In this document: in pieces, positions 59,638-64,000 of the stretch
Numbering within the stretch: the stretch's first letter is position 1
Layout of the letters: every line of letters begins with the position of its first letter
Assembly: GCA_964019335.1 (NCBI GenBank)
Contig: OZ025671.1
Span: forward strand, 310,001-374,000
DNA length: 64,000 nucleotides
Source of the DNA: Diplonema japonicum
Taxonomy: Eukaryota > Protista > Euglenozoa: Diplonemea
Direction of reading: 5' to 3'
Made by a program: the position numbers and the translations under genes
Notes under the pieces: model-generated
Databases searched by the model: none
What the model saw: only the letters and a program-made list of their open reading frames with translations
Told to the model about the DNA's origin: nothing

Positions 59638-61825
59638 CAGGGCTATGCTGGCAGGAAACGTGGAAACGTTTCCGTTTCCGTTTCCATGTTTTCAAAATTC
59701 TCATGGAAACGGCTATGTATATTTCGGTAAACACTGTTTGGAAGGTCCTTATTTATTTGGGGTTTTTGAAGATACTTACTTTTTTGGGGTTTTACAAGGA
59801 AAGCGCACGTCGGTCTCTACAAAAACGAAAGTAAACATGGTCCAGAGAAAGCACCCCCTGGGAGACGCTTTGTGGGACGGGGTGGAGGTTCAGGCGGAGG
59901 ATGGGAAGAAGAAGACAGTAAAATGTCGCTTCTGTGATATGGTCTTCACAGTAGCGTCAACCAGCAGACTCCGCGCCCACATGTTCCAAACAAAAGGCCA
60001 AGGAGTAGCGACGTGTGTCCCCAAAGGGGATAGTGTGGAGCCCCACAAGAAGCTGTTGGAGAAAGCGACAGCGGAGGCGAAGGCTGAGGCAGAGGGAACG
60101 AAGAAGCGTAAAGTGGAGAACAGGCCAATGACGCCATTTTTAACTGCTACAAGCACGCCAGACGTGGACAGGGCTGTTCGGGATTTCTTTCTCGAAACCG
60201 GGACCCCATTTTTGAGGGTCGAACATCGGTATGATGTTTATCTGTTTCGTGTCCTCTCATATTTTCTGTTGCACAGAACATTCAAGGCACTGTTTGAGAA
60301 AGTGAAGCGCCTTCCGCTCGGGGCCACGTACGAGCTACCGGACAGGAAAGCTCTGAGCGGAAGGCTGGTTGACGACGCTGTTCAAAAAATGGATGCCACA
60401 ATCGCATCCTTCATCGAAACCCAGAAGACAACTGGGCTCACCTTGACGCACGACGGGTGGACAACCCCGAGGAAGGCAGCAATTTTTAATGCCATCCTCT
60501 GCACCGTTGATACGTCCTGGTACGTAGGAAACGCAACAATGAAGGAGAAGAAAACGATGGAAACAATCGCGACATTCGTGCACTCCACTGTTGCGGGGCT
60601 GGATGAGGAGGTGAAGAGCAAGGTGGTGCATGTTTGCGTCGACGGCGCTTGTGCGCTCGCTCTCCCGATCATTGAGACAAAACTCCCACACGTCATGGGA
60701 AGCCTCTGCATGTTACACACCTGTGACCTCATCTTTGAGGACCTTTGCGACTGGAACAAGAAATCAACACGTGAGCGGTTCAGTTTCATCGGCGAAATAT
60801 GCAAGGACAGTGTCGAGTTTGTACGGTGGTGGAAAACCCGTGAGAGATTGGTGACAATACTCAAGGAAAAGAATGCGCTCACCATGCTGTGTCCTATCGA
60901 CACACGCATGGGAACGACATTTATCTGTCTCCAACGTTTGCAGAAGCTCAAAGCATCACTGAGGAGTGTTGTCTCCTCTGAAGCCTACACGGACTGGAAA
61001 AAATCGCAAAAAGTGCTGCCGCGAGGAGTGCTGCGGACACTCGCAGGGCCCAAGTTATCGGAGACGAGTTTTGGGACAACGTAGACGAGATGTGTAGATT
61101 GACTGTACCGACGTGGCACTTCCTTCGTGTGCTGGATAAAGACGGTGCGCCAGGCGAATTACCTGCAATCAACGTCGGCAACGTAAGGCTGAAGTGGGAG
61201 ACGTTCGTCACTGAAATAAGTCAGCTGGAACTCAGCCCTCTGCTCACGGCAGAGCGCAGAGCTGACCTAGTGCTGCACGCGAAGGAGCGTTGGGTCTACG
61301 CAGAAAGGCCCATCCACCACTGTGGATACGCACTCAACCCCATAACAAGGGAGGCAGCCCGCGGGTGCGAGAAAGCAAAGTCTGGTCTCCAGATTGTCCT
61401 ACAACGCATGCTGCCCGAGTCGGAAGCGCTTGATGGCCTTGAAGAGTGGGAGGCGTGGTCCTCCACGCCACTGGAGTTCGGCATGGCCACACAGGCAGCC
61501 CACCCAGACAGGCAGGACAAGTGGCCTGCTTACAAATGGTGGTCGCAGTTTGGGGGGAGATTCCGCATTCTGCAGAAGGTGGCGTGCTTGGTGCTAGGCC
61601 AAATTGTCACTGTTGCGCCGAGTGAGAAGGGATGGGCTGTGTACGCTGATGTCATGGGGAAAAAGAGATTCAGCCTGAACGAAGACAGGTCTGTTCTCAC
61701 CCGTCTTCTCCCCCCGTAAGTTTACATACAGGGCACACAGCATGACTCGCATCAAATACAACACGAAGAACTGGACACTCACACAGGCGGCACAATCATA
61801 CTTTGACGTCGATGAAAACAGCGAA
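59638..61825 (+). mobile_element. hAT-superfamily DNA transposon, left end present, right end apparently missing
   Basis: Begins CAGGG, followed by clustered GGAAAC/GTTTCC subterminal repeats. Encodes a hAT transposase. Flanked by poly-C on both sides. Confidence 0.8.
59837..61825 (+). pseudogene. hAT transposase with introns 60229-60276 and 61689-61731 and one frameshift near 61000-61015
   Basis: BED finger (KCRFC...RLRAH...C), HDGW, VDGA, CMLH, TRMGT, FWDNV, and dimerisation region KWWSQFG...LQKVA.LVL....APSEKGW. Confidence 0.85.
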
Positions 61826-63683
61826 CCCCCCCCCCCCCCCCCCCCCACCTACAACCACGTATCCACCCCTCCAGCAAAGCACATTATAAATCATATAAGA
61901 AATAAAAGAGAGAAAAAGAATAGCATGAAACATATAGGAAAGAAAATGGGGGGGGGGGGGTGTGACATCGAGAGAATAGTGACGCAGGGGGAGAGAGAGA
62001 GAAAGAAAAAAGATGATAGAAGTCTCTCTCTTTTTTTTTATATTATTGTTACCTTTCTTTTTTTTCTTTTTTTCTTCTTTTTGTCACATATTTAGAAGAA
62101 AACAAGGGTAACACCTCTCTTATTGTTCTTGAGAACAAAGAAGAGGAGAAAAGATATCGAGCGCAACATCAAAAGGACGGGGGGGGGGGGGGGGGGGGAG
62201 GATGAGGCTGTGAGGCAAGGGGAATTGAGGCTGTTTTTCCTTTTTTGAAACCCCCTTTTTTTTTTCAATTACTTTTTTTTTTTTCTTGTTTCCTGTACTG
62301 AAGGAGACCATTCAACAAGAGATAAAATCCCGCTGTGAATATCGTTACCTCTTAATGGATTGCAAAGAAGCTTTTTTTCTTTTCTTTTCTTCTTTCAAAA
62401 ATTCTGTTTTTAAATAATTTGGTACATTTTTCTGCCGGCGTAAACTCATTTTTTAATCACGTTGGGGGGGGGGGGGGGGGGGAACTATCTCTGTGCAACG
62501 TAATAAGGGGAAGATGAATGTTGGCTATGCACATTCGGGGTAAATCTGTAGAAGGGAATAAGCCCATGCCACCCCTTACCCCCTATCCTTTTTTTTCTTT
62601 TCTTTTAGCAATAACAATTGTGATCTTTTTTTTCTCCTTTGCTCACTTTTCAATGCTACTCAAAAAAAGAATGACCCCCCACCATCTTACTATTTGTTTA
62701 CTTTTTGTTTTGTTTTTTGTGTTTGTGTTTTAATTGTACATGAAAAAATACTGGATAGTCGTTAGTGATAACTATATTAGAAATATCAGAATCAGTTTTT
62801 AAGACGAAACGATAGAATTCCTACCCCCCCTTTTCTTTTCTAAAAAAAAGAAAATTCTCTTGCCTTCTTCTCTTTCCCTTGCTCTTAAAGAGAGAAAGGG
62901 GGCTTGTTCGCCCACTTTCTACTTCCCCCTTCTTCTTTTAATAACAGAGCAGACGGAAGATGCAAAAGAAAGAAAAAAAGATTCTTTATGACTATATGTC
63001 TTTGTTGTTCACATAAGATGTCGATATTTCACTTTTTCTTTTTTGCTTTGTTGTTCGCACTAGCAAAAAAAAAAAAAGAAAGAAAAAAACTTTTAAAAAA
63101 CCTGGCAATTTTTGCTACTAGTTTCATATAGTTAGTTATAAAATCATTTCTTTCTCGAAAGTAACTATTTGTAACGGGGGGGGGAAGGAAAAAAACAAAT
63201 TAGAATAATAATATTATTTAAAACGGGAAAAAAAAATTATTGTTTGTACAAAGTCGGGTTAAATCACGTTCAAGCCCTCTTCTTCTTCTTTTTTTTTTTT
63301 TTTTTTTATCTTCACCTTTTCTACTGAGAGACATAATCAAGTAGAGGAAGCCACCAATTTCTTACTTTCTTTTTTGTCTGCAGCATTCTTTTTCTCCAGG
63401 TCCTTACTGCCCTTTTTTTTCCCGTTTCAGTTAGAAATATAAAAAAAAGTCCGGCAGGGTTGTGGGGGTGTGCGCACGTTTGCTGTTCAAGAAAAGGAAA
63501 TTCACACTGATCGGTACACACCCTCTCTGCGGTTGCCTACTGGTGCCTGCCTTGCAAGAAAAGAAAGAATAAAAAAGAGGAAAAATAGCAGGGGGGGAAG
63601 GGGGTACCAAGAAAACTAAACCTAACAAAAAAAAAAAACTCTAACTTTTTTTTTTTTTTTTTTTTTTTTCCAAAATATATATT

Positions 63684-64000
63684 TCACACAAAATAAGCCT
63701 TTGCGTGTCCTCGCAACTTTTCCTTATACAACTGTGGGCTTTGTGACCCGCTCAAGAAACCGGACGGGGTTCGTAAAAAGTCACCCAAAATTAACTCAAT
63801 TTCATCTGAAGGAAGATCTTTGTCGCAACACGCAGAAAGAGAGTATCCTTGCGACCCCATCCCAGCAAGGAAGGATATATCGGAGTCTAGAATGGAAAAG
63901 AGTTCTTTATGGAGCTTTGGCAAGAGTGAGATGAAGGGAGGCTGCCCTGCTAAATCAGAGCGTCGGCGTTCGGGAGCAGGCAGCACCGCAAGGTTCTGTG
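63684..64000 (-). CDS. 3' end of a protein with degenerate PIP-kinase (FAB1/PIKfyve-like) C-terminus
   Basis: ILDSDISFLAGMGSQGYSL...ELILGDFLR...SPQLYKEKL....KAYF parallels NDT.FL....MDYSL...GIIDYIR...SP..YK.RF...YF. Confidence 0.6.
   Translation of the reverse strand, partial: QNLAVLPAPERRRSDLAGQPPFISLLPKLHKELFSILDSDISFLAGMGSQGYSLSACCDKDLPSDEIELILGDFLRTPSGFLSGSQSPQLYKEKLRGHAKAYFV

Noticed and set aside
61000-61015. Programmed ribosomal frameshift in the transposase
   Set aside because: Only short A runs with no evident stimulatory structure; mutation or homopolymer sequencing error is simpler.
61850-63680. Long A/T-rich region as a promoter, strand-switch region or SL RNA locus
   Set aside because: Host genes on both sides share orientation, and no recognisable SL, tRNA or snRNA sequence was seen.
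1-64000. Alternative genetic code or non-GT-AG introns
   Set aside because: TAA, TAG and TGA all terminate genes, and all inferred introns are GT-AG.

Overview
Gene-dense eukaryotic nuclear DNA, most consistent with a euglenozoan such as a diplonemid (inference from GTATG donors, co-oriented genes and candidate trans-splice acceptors). About 19 host protein genes all lie on the minus strand. Several are separated by only 68-160 nt, and they are interrupted by about 21 very short (30-89 nt) GT-AG introns, mostly A-rich at the 3' end. In window order the genes encode: a degenerate inositol 5-phosphatase-domain protein (partial), a hypothetical protein, a MANF/ARMET-like ER protein, a coiled-coil protein, a PILS/auxin-efflux-family transporter, a bestrophin, a degenerate PI-PLC, a ferrochelatase with a Cys-rich insertion, a circularly permuted JmjC oxygenase, an ABC1/UbiB kinase, PGAM5, a ~6,700-aa repeat surface protein, a hypothetical protein, UBC12, an ART+PDZ protein, a vasohibin, a SnoaL-like/coiled-coil protein, p23, and the 3' end of a degenerate PIP-kinase-domain protein. 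The only plus-strand coding units are an intron-containing hAT transposase and a possible gag-like relic. All calls come from manual reading of motifs and reading frames; no database search was run.
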